From NCBI GenBank assembly GCA_038279365.1, contig JAYODI010000102.1, forward strand, positions 1 to 18,165: a stretch of DNA of 18,165 nt, written 5' to 3'. Positions 6,412 through 15,869 of the stretch are shown piece by piece. The notes under the pieces were generated by a model that saw only the letters and a program-made list of their open reading frames with translations, searched no databases and was not told the DNA's origin. The DNA is from Candidatus Latescibacterota bacterium (GTDB lineage: Bacteria > Latescibacterota > UBA2968). Numbering within the stretch: position 1 is the first letter of the stretch; each line of letters starts with the position of its first letter. A program made the position numbers and the translations under genes.

Positions 6412-7344
6412 TTAGTGGGTGGATACGTATTGACGCCATTCGGCCAATTGTGCAAGGGTGACACCTACACCGCCACAAACAATGACAATGATGTTTTGTT
6501 TGTTGTTTAGAAATTCACAGTTGTTATAAACGGCAGATAAACTGGCTCCACAGGCAGGTTCGACCATGATTCTGTGGTCTTCGAGAAAGCGGTCACACGC
6601 AAGAACGGCGTCTTTGTCTGTGACCACATGGCTGATGATGGGGTGTGCGTTGCGCAATTCAAAAGCTTGTTGGGCCACCTTTTTGGCACCGAGTGATGTG
6701 GCGATGCTTGTGATGTGATCAATGCCCACATGTTTGTTTGCCAATGCGGCAACTGCGTATGCATCTGCGCCTTTGGTTTCTACGGCCAATATGGGCACTT
6801 TTTTTAAGTTGTTTCGTTGTAAACCTTCTACAACCCCGCACAAAAGCCCGCCTCCACCCACCGATAAGATGATTGCATCGGGTGTGATTCCTGTTTCAGA
6901 TATTTCATCAATCATCGAAGCGTGACCTGTCCACGTGAGGGGATCGTCAAAGGGATGGATGTAGGCCGCGCCTTCTTTTTGGGATAAGGCTGTTGCATAA
7001 CTGTGTGCGGCATCCCAATTTTCGCCCGTGACGATGACGTTTGCACCTTCGCTTTTGATGAGGTCTATGGCGCGCTTTTTGGTGGTTATGGGAACGACGA
7101 CGGTGACGGGAATGTTGAGGCGGCGACCCGAATAGGCAACAGCCAAACCAGCATTGCCACCAGATGATGTAACGAGTGCTTGGGCACCTTTTTGGACATA
7201 TTGTTGACAAGCATATCCCATGCCTCTGGCCTTGAAAGATCCACATGGTTGCAGGGCTTCCATTTTGAGCCAGATGTGTGCATTGGGGTTGTTGCTTATG
7301 TGCAAAGATTCGATGAGCGGTGTTTGAATATGTAAGTGTTTCAT
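6412..7344 (-). CDS. PLP-dependent (fold type II) L-serine/L-threonine dehydratase, SDS/CHA1-like
   Basis: LKMEALQPCGSFKARG (PLP lysine), SSGGNAG, HPFDDP, SVGGGGLLCG, VEPACGA, IVCGG. Start set at ATG 7344 (MKHLHIQTPL, 310 aa) to avoid overlap with the upstream gene. Confidence 0.88.
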   Translation of the reverse strand: MKHLHIQTPLIESLHISNNPNAHIWLKMEALQPCGSFKARGMGYACQQYVQKGAQALVTSSGGNAGLAVAYSGRRLNIPVTVVVPITTKKRAIDLIKSEGANVIVTGENWDAAHSYATALSQKEGAAYIHPFDDPLTWTGHASMIDEISETGITPDAIILSVGGGGLLCGVVEGLQRNNLKKVPILAVETKGADAYAVAALANKHVGIDHITSIATSLGAKKVAQQAFELRNAHPIISHVVTDKDAVLACDRFLEDHRIMVEPACGASLSAVYNNCEFLNNKQNIIVIVCGGVGVTLAQLAEWRQYVSTH

Positions 7345-7357
7345 GGTGCCTTTGGTT

Positions 7358-8236
7358 TTATTTGACGGAAATTTCAAATGTGCGTTCGTCTTCATTACCC
7401 CAGTGATAACTTTTAAGTGTGGGGTGGTTTTCGTCAATAGATCGATCTGGATTCATGGCATCGTCTAACCAATTGGGAATGTCTGGTAAACGATGGGTGG
7501 TGACGTTTATTTTGTATCCGGTAAATTCGAGAATGCGATAACAACAGGTGGCTAAGCCTACAGAACCCGTGACAACTTGTAGGGTGTCGCCAATTGGCAT
7601 TTTGCTGTTGATGTGTTGGTGACCACAAAAATAAGCACGCACGTGGGTGTCGTTTTGCTCAATGAGTTCGGTGAGTGCTGGAATGACATTTTTGATTCTG
7701 CTGTAGCCCCATTCGTGACAAAAGCCACCTTTGCGCGAAGGCACAAGTGGATAGTGGCAGATAATGAGTGTGGGTTTGGGGCGGGTTAATTGCCGAGAAA
7801 GCCAAGCCACTTGTTCGTCTGTGTCTTCGTCGCGAATGGAGAACAAAACGAGTTGCCATGTGCCCATATGCACAACCGAGCGAATGCCTGCTTTGCCAAA
7901 AACTTGCCCAAAGTTGGTTTTTTCTAAAGGGCAGTCTTCCATGTCTTCCATGCCGGGGTAGCGTTCGGCAAAGGCTTTTGACGGTGCAATGTCGTGATTG
8001 CCTGCCACAACATGATAGGGCAAACCCGTGGCTTCCAATTGGGCATGCATCCAACGGATTTCTTCAATTTCTGCGCCACCTCGGTTGACACAATCACCAC
8101 CGATCACAACACGATCTACGCCGTGTGGATTTTCTTTGAGCATTTCGAAGAATTTTGGCACGGCGATTTCTGTTTTTGGGTAGTGTGCTGGAAATGGGCC
8201 TGACGCGTGGAGGTCATTGGCGTAAAGAATTTTCAC
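7358..8236 (-). CDS. Calcineurin-like metallophosphoesterase
   Basis: All five motifs are present: NDLH, GGDCVN, GNHD, CHYP, GHQH. GTG start 3 nt after the sulfatase stop. Confidence 0.9.
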   Translation of the reverse strand: MKILYANDLHASGPFPAHYPKTEIAVPKFFEMLKENPHGVDRVVIGGDCVNRGGAEIEEIRWMHAQLEATGLPYHVVAGNHDIAPSKAFAERYPGMEDMEDCPLEKTNFGQVFGKAGIRSVVHMGTWQLVLFSIRDEDTDEQVAWLSRQLTRPKPTLIICHYPLVPSRKGGFCHEWGYSRIKNVIPALTELIEQNDTHVRAYFCGHQHINSKMPIGDTLQVVTGSVGLATCCYRILEFTGYKINVTTHRLPDIPNWLDDAMNPDRSIDENHPTLKSYHWGNEDERTFEISVK

Positions 8237-8239
8237 TTT

Positions 8240-9721
8240 TTAAACCTGTCGAGAGTCGGGTTGATGAGGAAGCACATCACCTGTGTGCATGAAGAAATCT
8301 AAAAGGTGTGTTTCCATCTGGTGCTCTATGTTTGCATATGCTGTGTGACCGCTCAAGTTTTGTGTTTCATGTGGGTCTTTTTTGAGATCAAAGAGTTCAT
8401 GGTGGCCTGTGTAATAGCGGCGGATATATTTGTATTTTGGGGTACGACACATCACAGCGTGAGAGCCTTCTTTGTGAGAGGGGATTGCGGATCGGCTTTG
8501 GCGTGCGTAAAAGCTGTTGGGTGGCATTTGGTCAACATCTGTGTTGATGAACGCATCTTCGCCTTTTCGAGCACCCACTTCTGCAAAAACGGCTTCGTGA
8601 ATGGGTGTTTCATCACCGGATAGTGAATCACGCAATGAGGTGCCTTGATGGGCATAACCGGGATCTATGTCTAAGAGATCGTAGAGTGTTGCGGTGATAT
8701 CTAAGAGTTCGGTGAGGTGTTGGCGGTTGCCATTTTGAACGGGCACATTGGCTGGTGGTTTGATGACGAGCGGCACGTGAAGGAGACAGTCTTGTAGGGT
8801 ACTGTGTGTTTTTTCGGGGAGAGAATAATCGCCCGTAAAGTCACCGTGGTCCGAAAAGAAGAAGATCCACGTGTTGTCGTATAAACCTTGTTCGATGAGG
8901 GCATTGACCACTTTGCCAAAGAGGTCGTCCATTTTGGCACACATGGCATAATAGATGCGTTTGACATCGCGCCACATGTCTTCTGTGATGTTGTCGCTTT
9001 GAAACCCTTCACGTAAGGCATCGAGAATCTTGGGAAGGTTTGCCTCTTGGGACGGTGTGGGAATGCGTGGTGGGAGTTTGTTTGGGTCGATGGCGTTGTA
9101 AAAGTCTTCTTCGGCGTAATAGGCTGGGTGAGGTTTGCCAAGGGGTAAATAACAGACAAAGGGTTGATCGCTTGATTGGTTTTTGATCATGTCAACTGCG
9201 CCGAGCACACACGCGGTGTCTGCATCCCAATGTTGTGGGCCATCCCCTTCTTTGGGGAGTACGCCGCGATAGAATGCACCGTGTCGTGGATCATCTGCTT
9301 GTAGGGGTGGGGCTTGTTTGTATGGCATGTGTTCGGTGTATTTGCCTTTGGGTTGAAACTTGGTGTCGCAATAGTGGAGGTAGTCTTCTGGTTTTTGAAC
9401 GCGCACAAGATCGTTTTTGCCCCCCCACCAAATGTGATACCCTTCTTTTTTGAGGACAGACAGAAGATTGGGTTCGTGTTCTTTGAGCATATTGCGCATG
9501 GACCGATGGCCGTGAACATGTGTGTACCAGCCTGTCATAAAGGAACATCGGCTGGGTGTGCAGACGGGATTTTGTGCAAAGGCATTGCTGTAGGAAACGG
9601 CATCGGACGCGACCAAGGCATCCAGATTGGGTGTGACGGCTGCTGGATTGCCTTGGTGGTTGAGCACATCGCCCCGATAGGAGTCAGGAACAAAAAGTAC
9701 AATGTTGGGTTTGTTTTTCAT
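8240..9721 (-). CDS. Formylglycine-dependent (S1, Cys-type) sulfatase-like hydrolase
   Basis: KPNIVLFVPD, TPNLDAL, NPVCTPSRCSFMTG (CxPxR), KPHPAY, FFSDHGD, ELFDLKKDPHETQNL. Start ATG 9721 (493 aa); no evident signal peptide. Confidence 0.92.
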   Translation of the reverse strand: MKNKPNIVLFVPDSYRGDVLNHQGNPAAVTPNLDALVASDAVSYSNAFAQNPVCTPSRCSFMTGWYTHVHGHRSMRNMLKEHEPNLLSVLKKEGYHIWWGGKNDLVRVQKPEDYLHYCDTKFQPKGKYTEHMPYKQAPPLQADDPRHGAFYRGVLPKEGDGPQHWDADTACVLGAVDMIKNQSSDQPFVCYLPLGKPHPAYYAEEDFYNAIDPNKLPPRIPTPSQEANLPKILDALREGFQSDNITEDMWRDVKRIYYAMCAKMDDLFGKVVNALIEQGLYDNTWIFFFSDHGDFTGDYSLPEKTHSTLQDCLLHVPLVIKPPANVPVQNGNRQHLTELLDITATLYDLLDIDPGYAHQGTSLRDSLSGDETPIHEAVFAEVGARKGEDAFINTDVDQMPPNSFYARQSRSAIPSHKEGSHAVMCRTPKYKYIRRYYTGHHELFDLKKDPHETQNLSGHTAYANIEHQMETHLLDFFMHTGDVLPHQPDSRQV

Positions 9722-9743
9722 GGGGGATTGTCTTTGCTTGATC

Positions 9744-11855
9744 TTAGAGTTTTGTGTGTACGGATGAACCTGCATTGAGTCCTGTGGGCAGTGACATACT
9801 GATCTGACGAGCGGTTTCATTGTTTTGTTTGACTGTTAAGTTGAGTGTACCCTCACCGGCGGTTGGGTCGGCTGCTGAAAGTGTCCACACATTGTCGGTA
9901 TGGCGAAGCAGTATTACACAGGGTTGGTCTGCTGTGATGTGCCAGTTTGCGGCATGGATTTGACTGGGTTGATAAAATACGATGCCCAGTGTTTGATCTT
10001 CTTCGGACCAGACGGCTTGTTGCTGTGCCGAATTTGCAATGATTTCAAAGGGGGCTTTATTTGCCAAATTGGGCATTTCTTTGGCATCTATGTTTGGGTA
10101 AATGGCATACGCATACGCTTTTTCTTTTGGGCTGGCACCGTGGGGAATGGTGAGGGTGAAGACACTGTCTGTTACGGTGGCATCAGATCGTTGTGCGCTG
10201 ATGCGTGTCCACGCGCCCGTACGTATGCCTGTGGCTAAGTGGGCTTGGGTTTCTTTGGGAAACAGATATCCGATGCCATCGTGGTGAACCCATTCTACGT
10301 TTTGGAGGGTTTCGCCTTCGGGGAAGGTTTCGGAGGTTTTGCCTTTGCCTAATGTGACATCTCCTGCCAAGCGGCATTGGTTGACTGTGGTGATTACATC
10401 GTATTTTGCGGTATTGTTGATGTTTGTGCCCAAACACACGACCATGTTGTTAAAAAAGAACCACGCTTTTTGTGCGCTGAGTGTTTCCCGCTTGAGGTCG
10501 AAAGTGGCAACACCCATTGTGCCATCTGATGTGCCGCCCACAAATGCCGATTCGCCTTGTCGTTTGGGTTCTCCGGGGATGTGGGGTTCCAGTGTTACGG
10601 TGGTACCTGGAATGCGTTGCCAATCCCACACAGGATAAAGCCCTCCGTATTCGTTGCCGTGTTGCATGATGCACATGGCGCCTTCGGCTAAATAATGACT
10701 GAGGAGGCCATCATCGGTTCCTGAGAGACCGTCTGTGTTGAAGGTGCGGGTGGAATACATTCGGGCTGATGCGTACCAATTGTCGCGATGGTGCACCATC
10801 ATATCACTTCGGTAGAAATGTTTGTTGCCGACAAGTGGGGGCGCTGGCTTTCCTGCTACACGATTGGCCAAGGCTTGAAATTCTTCTTCGCGCCCAGTTG
10901 GTAATGTGAGCATGCCTTCTGCGGCTGGGCCAAGATATTCGGCAGATCGCCTGCCTCGGCGAGGAACGGCAATTTCTCGACCTCGGGCACCAAAATCGCC
11001 TTGACCATTGTGTGACAACCATTGTGAGCCGTCTAAGATATAGTGCGATAAAAGTGCAATTTTTTCTGGTGCATAGGCAAATGCTGTTCCTGCTGTGAGA
11101 TTGGCCAGTCGCACATTGTCACGGGTGAAACCAGCTCCGTAACCATGGTTATAAATCACCTGTTTGTGCTGGTGAAATGAGAAATCGGGCTGGATGCCTT
11201 CGTCGTCACTGATGCGAATTTCGGAGGCGATGAGTTCAAATGCGCGACGTAGAAGATCGGCATCGCGCTGTAATACGGCGCGTCGGGCGGTGATTTCGGC
11301 TTGCCACACCAAGTTTTGACCCGTTGTGCCAAGGATGGCACGTTCGAGATTTTGACCGCCTTTGGTCATTTGAAAATCGCTTAGATGGCCGTCGCGCATG
11401 AGCATGATCTGTGAGAGCATGCCGGGTGCACCAATGGCATCCCACCACCACTTGCGGCGCGGGTCTTTGTGCAACCAATAGTCGAGGGCGGTGTTGATTT
11501 GTTTGTCCAATTCGGGATTTTGGTATAGGGGAGAGTCGGGAGAGAACCACGCCTGTGTGAGTCTGAGCAAACGACTGAGGTGTTGTGCTGGCTCCCAAGA
11601 AGTTGTGGCGGTTCCTTCGTAGTTGACTTCTTCCCAGTGCCCATCGGGTTGGAGCGTTTGACGGTAGTCTGTGACACGATCCATGTCGGGGGCTTCTTTG
11701 AAGGGGGCCAACATGCGTTCTTTGATGATGATCATATCGTTTTCGTAATTTTTAGGTGTTGTCATGTTGTTCTCCTCGGCTGGGATTCCCTTTGTGGGGA
11801 GTATCAATCCTACCAAAATCCACAACCAATATGTGTTATATGTTCCATTTCTCAT
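9744..11855 (-). CDS. Polysaccharide lyase family 8 (chondroitin AC/hyaluronate/xanthan lyase-like), secreted
   Basis: WWWDAIGAP, TGQNLVW, EGIQPDFSFHQH (His), YNHGYG (Tyr), RGREI (Arg), WDWQRIPGTT, AQKAWFFF. Start at ATG 11855 (703 aa) with a signal-like N-terminus. Confidence 0.9.
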   Translation of the reverse strand: MRNGTYNTYWLWILVGLILPTKGIPAEENNMTTPKNYENDMIIIKERMLAPFKEAPDMDRVTDYRQTLQPDGHWEEVNYEGTATTSWEPAQHLSRLLRLTQAWFSPDSPLYQNPELDKQINTALDYWLHKDPRRKWWWDAIGAPGMLSQIMLMRDGHLSDFQMTKGGQNLERAILGTTGQNLVWQAEITARRAVLQRDADLLRRAFELIASEIRISDDEGIQPDFSFHQHKQVIYNHGYGAGFTRDNVRLANLTAGTAFAYAPEKIALLSHYILDGSQWLSHNGQGDFGARGREIAVPRRGRRSAEYLGPAAEGMLTLPTGREEEFQALANRVAGKPAPPLVGNKHFYRSDMMVHHRDNWYASARMYSTRTFNTDGLSGTDDGLLSHYLAEGAMCIMQHGNEYGGLYPVWDWQRIPGTTVTLEPHIPGEPKRQGESAFVGGTSDGTMGVATFDLKRETLSAQKAWFFFNNMVVCLGTNINNTAKYDVITTVNQCRLAGDVTLGKGKTSETFPEGETLQNVEWVHHDGIGYLFPKETQAHLATGIRTGAWTRISAQRSDATVTDSVFTLTIPHGASPKEKAYAYAIYPNIDAKEMPNLANKAPFEIIANSAQQQAVWSEEDQTLGIVFYQPSQIHAANWHITADQPCVILLRHTDNVWTLSAADPTAGEGTLNLTVKQNNETARQISMSLPTGLNAGSSVHTKL

Positions 11856-11946
11856 CTTGAAAACGCCCTCACCGTGTTGCAAAAAAGTCCACTTTTTAAA
11901 GTGTTTTAACTTCGATGTTGTATGACTTGACTGGGTTTTGTTTGCC

Positions 11947-12996
11947 TTATTCGGGTGTGTCTTTCCAATTGACCTCGCTTCTGTCAATGACCCAAGGATC
12001 GTTGTAGAGTTCGCGACTGTGTTTTTGCATGGCAGGTGACCATCCCCCACTCCAAGAGAGCCAGTAGGCACTTTTGGGCATGTGGTTTTTGATGAGGGCG
12101 ATGATTTCGCGGGCGTCTTGTGTGTTGGGTTCTGGTTGGCCTGTATCGGTCCAGCCTTCTTCGGCCACGGCAAAAACTTTGTTGGGATGGTTTTGAGTCA
12201 TGGTGTTGTAACTGGCAATGCGGGGATTTGTGGCCGATTTGTCTGTGACATAATCGGAGAAGCCGATCATATCGACATAGGCATCGCCGGGGTAGCGGTC
12301 TTGGAATTTGTCACCGCCGCTGTTTGCGGCACAAAACCAAATGAGATTGTGGAGGCCTTGGGTTTGTGTGAAATATTCAAAGGTCCATATCCATAGCTTT
12401 TTCATATCCTCATCTTCTATTTCTTTAAAGTATTCCAATTCTTCGTTATACGGTTTAAAGATGAGGACGACGCCTTTTTCTTGAAGCCATTTCATGTGGG
12501 GTACATAATAGGTTTCAAAGTGTGCGAGCAGTTTGTTGTTTTTGGGTGTGCCTGTTTGCCATATGTCTGACCACGGGCCGGGTTCTTCTTTGACACCAGA
12601 GTGTCTTACAATGAGTTTCGCCCAAATGCTGATAAGCCCACCTTCGTTCCAATAATCTAAAAAGAGTTGTCGCCTTTTTTCATTTTCGGCATCGCTGTTG
12701 TCGGCCCCTTGACAATAAAAATAATGTTCAAGAATGGCGGGCCATTTGCCTGTTTGTTCAAATATGCCCACACAGTTTCCTGTGGCGTGATAGTGGTGGC
12801 GAAATTGCCCACTGAGCACTTTGTCTTGGTCGGCAATGTGCCCCAGATAAGCCAATACCTTTTTGACATCGGCTGTGGCATTTGGGTCGGCGGGGGGATC
12901 GTATGCAGGGGTTGGTTGGTGTGCCATAAATAAAAAACCAATGATGAGGGTGGGTTGAATGAGTGGATTTAAAATTTTTTTGGATATCACATTCAT
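11947..12996 (-). CDS. Glycoside hydrolase family 26-like protein (atypical), probably secreted
   Basis: PADPNAT..KKVLAYL, LSGQ, TGKWPAI, GVVLIFKPYNEE (acid/base region), GLHNLIW, YPGDAYVDMIGFSDY, KVFAVAEEG (nucleophile), WLSW. Confidence 0.8.
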   Translation of the reverse strand: MNVISKKILNPLIQPTLIIGFLFMAHQPTPAYDPPADPNATADVKKVLAYLGHIADQDKVLSGQFRHHYHATGNCVGIFEQTGKWPAILEHYFYCQGADNSDAENEKRRQLFLDYWNEGGLISIWAKLIVRHSGVKEEPGPWSDIWQTGTPKNNKLLAHFETYYVPHMKWLQEKGVVLIFKPYNEELEYFKEIEDEDMKKLWIWTFEYFTQTQGLHNLIWFCAANSGGDKFQDRYPGDAYVDMIGFSDYVTDKSATNPRIASYNTMTQNHPNKVFAVAEEGWTDTGQPEPNTQDAREIIALIKNHMPKSAYWLSWSGGWSPAMQKHSRELYNDPWVIDRSEVNWKDTPE

Positions 12997-13002
12997 TGTG
13001 GT

Positions 13003-15807
13003 TTATGCGCTCCAAGTGGTTGTGACTGGTATTTCCCATCTTGTGGCGTGACGGGCTTCAAATCCTTGGTGATTGTGTTTGGTGAAGACTCGGCAACCGG
13101 TATTTGTGGGTTCAATGTGACGAATAGGATAACCGTGCTTATTTGTATCGTCTATGGCGAAAAGGGTTTGACCTTGTAGGTTTTGAATGTGTGGCAGGTT
13201 GCTGTCGAGATCAAAATAAGAATTGCCATTTAGGGATTCGTTTGAAAGGATACGCCCGCTTAATGTGGCATTGGGTGCGGTGAGTTCGATGTTGGTTGTC
13301 GAGAGGTTTGTCCCCCCGGTGAGACTGGCAGAAGATGGTGAGCCATTGTTGATTAATAGGGTGGCGAGGCGTGCATCTGTGGTGATGTCTCCCACTTCTG
13401 TAGATAGGGTGATGGGGGTTGTTTGCAATTGACTGACGACGATGTCGGTGCCGTGGGCGGTTTGAACGGCAATGGCGATTGCATCTTGGGGTGCGTTGCT
13501 GGGTAAGGGAAGCACCTGAATGGATTTGACCAAGGTCTGTTTGCCTTGGTTGCCGACAAAAGCGGAGACAAATATGTCTTTTCTGTTTTGTCCTTCAACG
13601 CGACGAATGACGTAGGGCAGTGTGGCTCCTACATCGGTGTTGCGGTGGTCGCGCTGGCCCCATCCGTTGCCAATGAATATGGATTCGTTTGCGCTTCCTG
13701 GAGCGAAGGCTTCGAAGGTGTACCCGTCATCATATGTATAAGAGATGTGCCACGGGTTTTGTTGCTGCGCGTGATGGATATCTGTGAGATCGAGCCCATT
13801 TTCGCCAAAGTTGACGGGTTGTGAGGGGGTGAGATTAAGCCCGTTGACTTGGTAGGTGTTGGTGGGACCATGAAAGATGTAGTCGGCGGTTTGGCCACCT
13901 GATGCGCGAAAGATGTCGAGCAGATAAGAACCCGCACTGCCGTGGTCTATTTGGACAAGGGTTCGTTGATAAGTGGATTCTGAGCCGTAACCATCGGAAG
14001 AAGCTTCCATGGCTTTGATGGTGGGCGTGACGGAGAACAAATGAAAGGTGCCGTGCCGACCGCGTGAGAGCTGGTCTTTGCCATCGATCATGACAAGGTT
14101 GTGGGCACCTGTGCGTGCGGTTTGGTATTTGTCGGGGTGATCCCAGAGATAACCGAGGTCTGACAAGAGTTCGCGCCCATCTTTCCAATAATAAAGGCCG
14201 AGGCCATCTATATGATGATGGTTGGCGTGGTCTGCCGCGTTGAGGGAGACGAGGCTCTTACGCCCATCGTCTCCGGTGTGTAAATACCCTTGCGAGAGAT
14301 ACGGAAAGACCACATCGGGCAAATTGAGTGGGGGCGCGGTTTGGTTTGCAAAATGGGGATCGCGGTTGAAGATGGCTTGATCAGCACCTTCTGATGGATC
14401 TTTGGCGGCAAGTTCTTTGAGGAGTGCAATGTGTGTATTTGTAGGGTAAGCAAGTGTGAGCAGGTCTGCAAAGGAGACGCTGATGGTGGTGGATTGATAC
14501 GAGTCGGCAGAGGGCGGGAAGTGAAGATCGCCTTGTAAGGTGTAGATGAGGGCTTGCCAACAATCGCCATAGAGGGTGTCTCTGCAAGCATTAAAGTGAT
14601 CGAGCCGTATACCTGTAGATGTTTGATAACCTATGGGGTCGCTGTAATCGCGAAAGGCGAGTGCAAAGGGTTTGATGCCGTTCATGGTCATCATGGCGTA
14701 AGCGGGAGATTCGGATGTACCACCATCGGGTAAAAACCAATCGTTCACGGTTTTGACAAACCCGTCGAGACCAAAGTGAACAAGGCCCGGATGCCCGACA
14801 CACATGCCCACAACGGCGGCGCCTGCACGGTTGCCAACCGATTTGTTGTTAATGGATGTGTCACAGGCGGCGAGGTAAGTGCTTTCGAGGAGGAGGTCGC
14901 GTTCTATTTTAAGGCGTTCCTCGTGGGTGTAGATGGGTTTGCCGTTGTCTTGTGCGGTGCACGTGAGGCTGTAGGCATCGGCCATGCGCACAACCCAGCC
15001 GCCGTCCATACCCGAAGTGCCAATGCGACTGGCGGCCCAATATCCTGCAAAGATTTTTCGGTCGGGTGTGTTGGGTGGGTAAACGAGTTCATCTTGAGGG
15101 AGGTCGAGAATGTGTTCGGCGGCAATTTTGGGATCCATGCCTGCGTATTCGCCATATCCATAACCTGCGCGAACGAGGTAGGTTGGAAACACGTGGGCAA
15201 AACGTAGGAGGATGGTTTTGGCGGCGTGTGCATAACGCGTGTCGTTTGTGAGCACATAGGCTCGGGCAAGGTTTTGTAATTGGCTGGAGATGTGTTGCAC
15301 TTTGCGCACACGTGTGATGCCTGAGATGCTGGGGCGGGCTTGGTGATAAGCAAAACATTTGAAGGTATCACCGCCGACAAAGGTGAAGGTTTGCTCAACA
15401 CCTCCCCACGTGGATGTGATGGCGATGTCTTCGGGAAATTCGGCATTGGGGAAGACGGTTTTGCAAACAGAACACTGAAGGTTGTTGGGTTCTTCGGGTG
15501 ACCACGACCATTGCCCATTGGGGTGCCACGGCAGGCCTTTGGCTCGGCAGGCTGGACAAGGGCCTACACAGCCAGGTGTGGTGGTTTCGATCATGTTATC
15601 GAGATACGCGGGCGAGATTTGTTGGGCAATCTCTTCGGCTGTTTCGCGCAACGTATCGGTGTAACTTTTTGCCCAATCGTGTTTTTGAATATTCTCTTGG
15701 GCGCGTGCGATATCTTCGGGTTTGATGGTGGTGGCTGGGTGAATGACCTGATCACGGTATTTTTCCCAATCGGACCAGTCTTTTGGATTGATGGTGTTAT
15801 CAGACAT
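13003..15807 (-). CDS. Heparinase II/III-like domain protein (alpha/alpha-barrel plus beta-sandwich lyase-like)
   Basis: 934 aa. LARAYVLTNDTRYA, PDGGTSESPAY, HANHHHIDGLGL..LLSDLGY and TGAHNLVMIDG are typical Hepar_II_III motifs. No signal peptide. Confidence 0.8.
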   Translation of the reverse strand: MSDNTINPKDWSDWEKYRDQVIHPATTIKPEDIARAQENIQKHDWAKSYTDTLRETAEEIAQQISPAYLDNMIETTTPGCVGPCPACRAKGLPWHPNGQWSWSPEEPNNLQCSVCKTVFPNAEFPEDIAITSTWGGVEQTFTFVGGDTFKCFAYHQARPSISGITRVRKVQHISSQLQNLARAYVLTNDTRYAHAAKTILLRFAHVFPTYLVRAGYGYGEYAGMDPKIAAEHILDLPQDELVYPPNTPDRKIFAGYWAASRIGTSGMDGGWVVRMADAYSLTCTAQDNGKPIYTHEERLKIERDLLLESTYLAACDTSINNKSVGNRAGAAVVGMCVGHPGLVHFGLDGFVKTVNDWFLPDGGTSESPAYAMMTMNGIKPFALAFRDYSDPIGYQTSTGIRLDHFNACRDTLYGDCWQALIYTLQGDLHFPPSADSYQSTTISVSFADLLTLAYPTNTHIALLKELAAKDPSEGADQAIFNRDPHFANQTAPPLNLPDVVFPYLSQGYLHTGDDGRKSLVSLNAADHANHHHIDGLGLYYWKDGRELLSDLGYLWDHPDKYQTARTGAHNLVMIDGKDQLSRGRHGTFHLFSVTPTIKAMEASSDGYGSESTYQRTLVQIDHGSAGSYLLDIFRASGGQTADYIFHGPTNTYQVNGLNLTPSQPVNFGENGLDLTDIHHAQQQNPWHISYTYDDGYTFEAFAPGSANESIFIGNGWGQRDHRNTDVGATLPYVIRRVEGQNRKDIFVSAFVGNQGKQTLVKSIQVLPLPSNAPQDAIAIAVQTAHGTDIVVSQLQTTPITLSTEVGDITTDARLATLLINNGSPSSASLTGGTNLSTTNIELTAPNATLSGRILSNESLNGNSYFDLDSNLPHIQNLQGQTLFAIDDTNKHGYPIRHIEPTNTGCRVFTKHNHQGFEARHATRWEIPVTTTWSA

Positions 15808-15851
15808 GTGAACCCTCGTGACAAAGCGTGTTTGAAATTGCGTTAGAGATA

Positions 15852-15867
15852 TGATAAACGTTTGCCA
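15852..15867. promoter_or_regulatory. LacI/GalR-type operator TGATAAACGTTTGCCA
   Basis: Palindrome TG-NN-AAAC|GTTT-NN-CA with a central CG. It overlaps the predicted transcription start of the glycan operon. Confidence 0.7.
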
Positions 15868-15869
15868 AC

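Noticed and set aside
11882-11903. Hairpins AAAAAGT-CC-ACTTTTT and CACTTT-TT-AAAGTG between GH26 and PL8 as a terminator
   Set aside because: The stems are AT-rich with 2-nt loops, too weak to call.
11856-12173. Extended starts in the ORF track for PL8 (12173), and likewise sulfatase (9820), dehydratase (7437), DUF402 (17596) and higB (3448)
   Set aside because: Each extension overlaps the upstream gene or promoter; family-typical N-termini begin at downstream ATGs.
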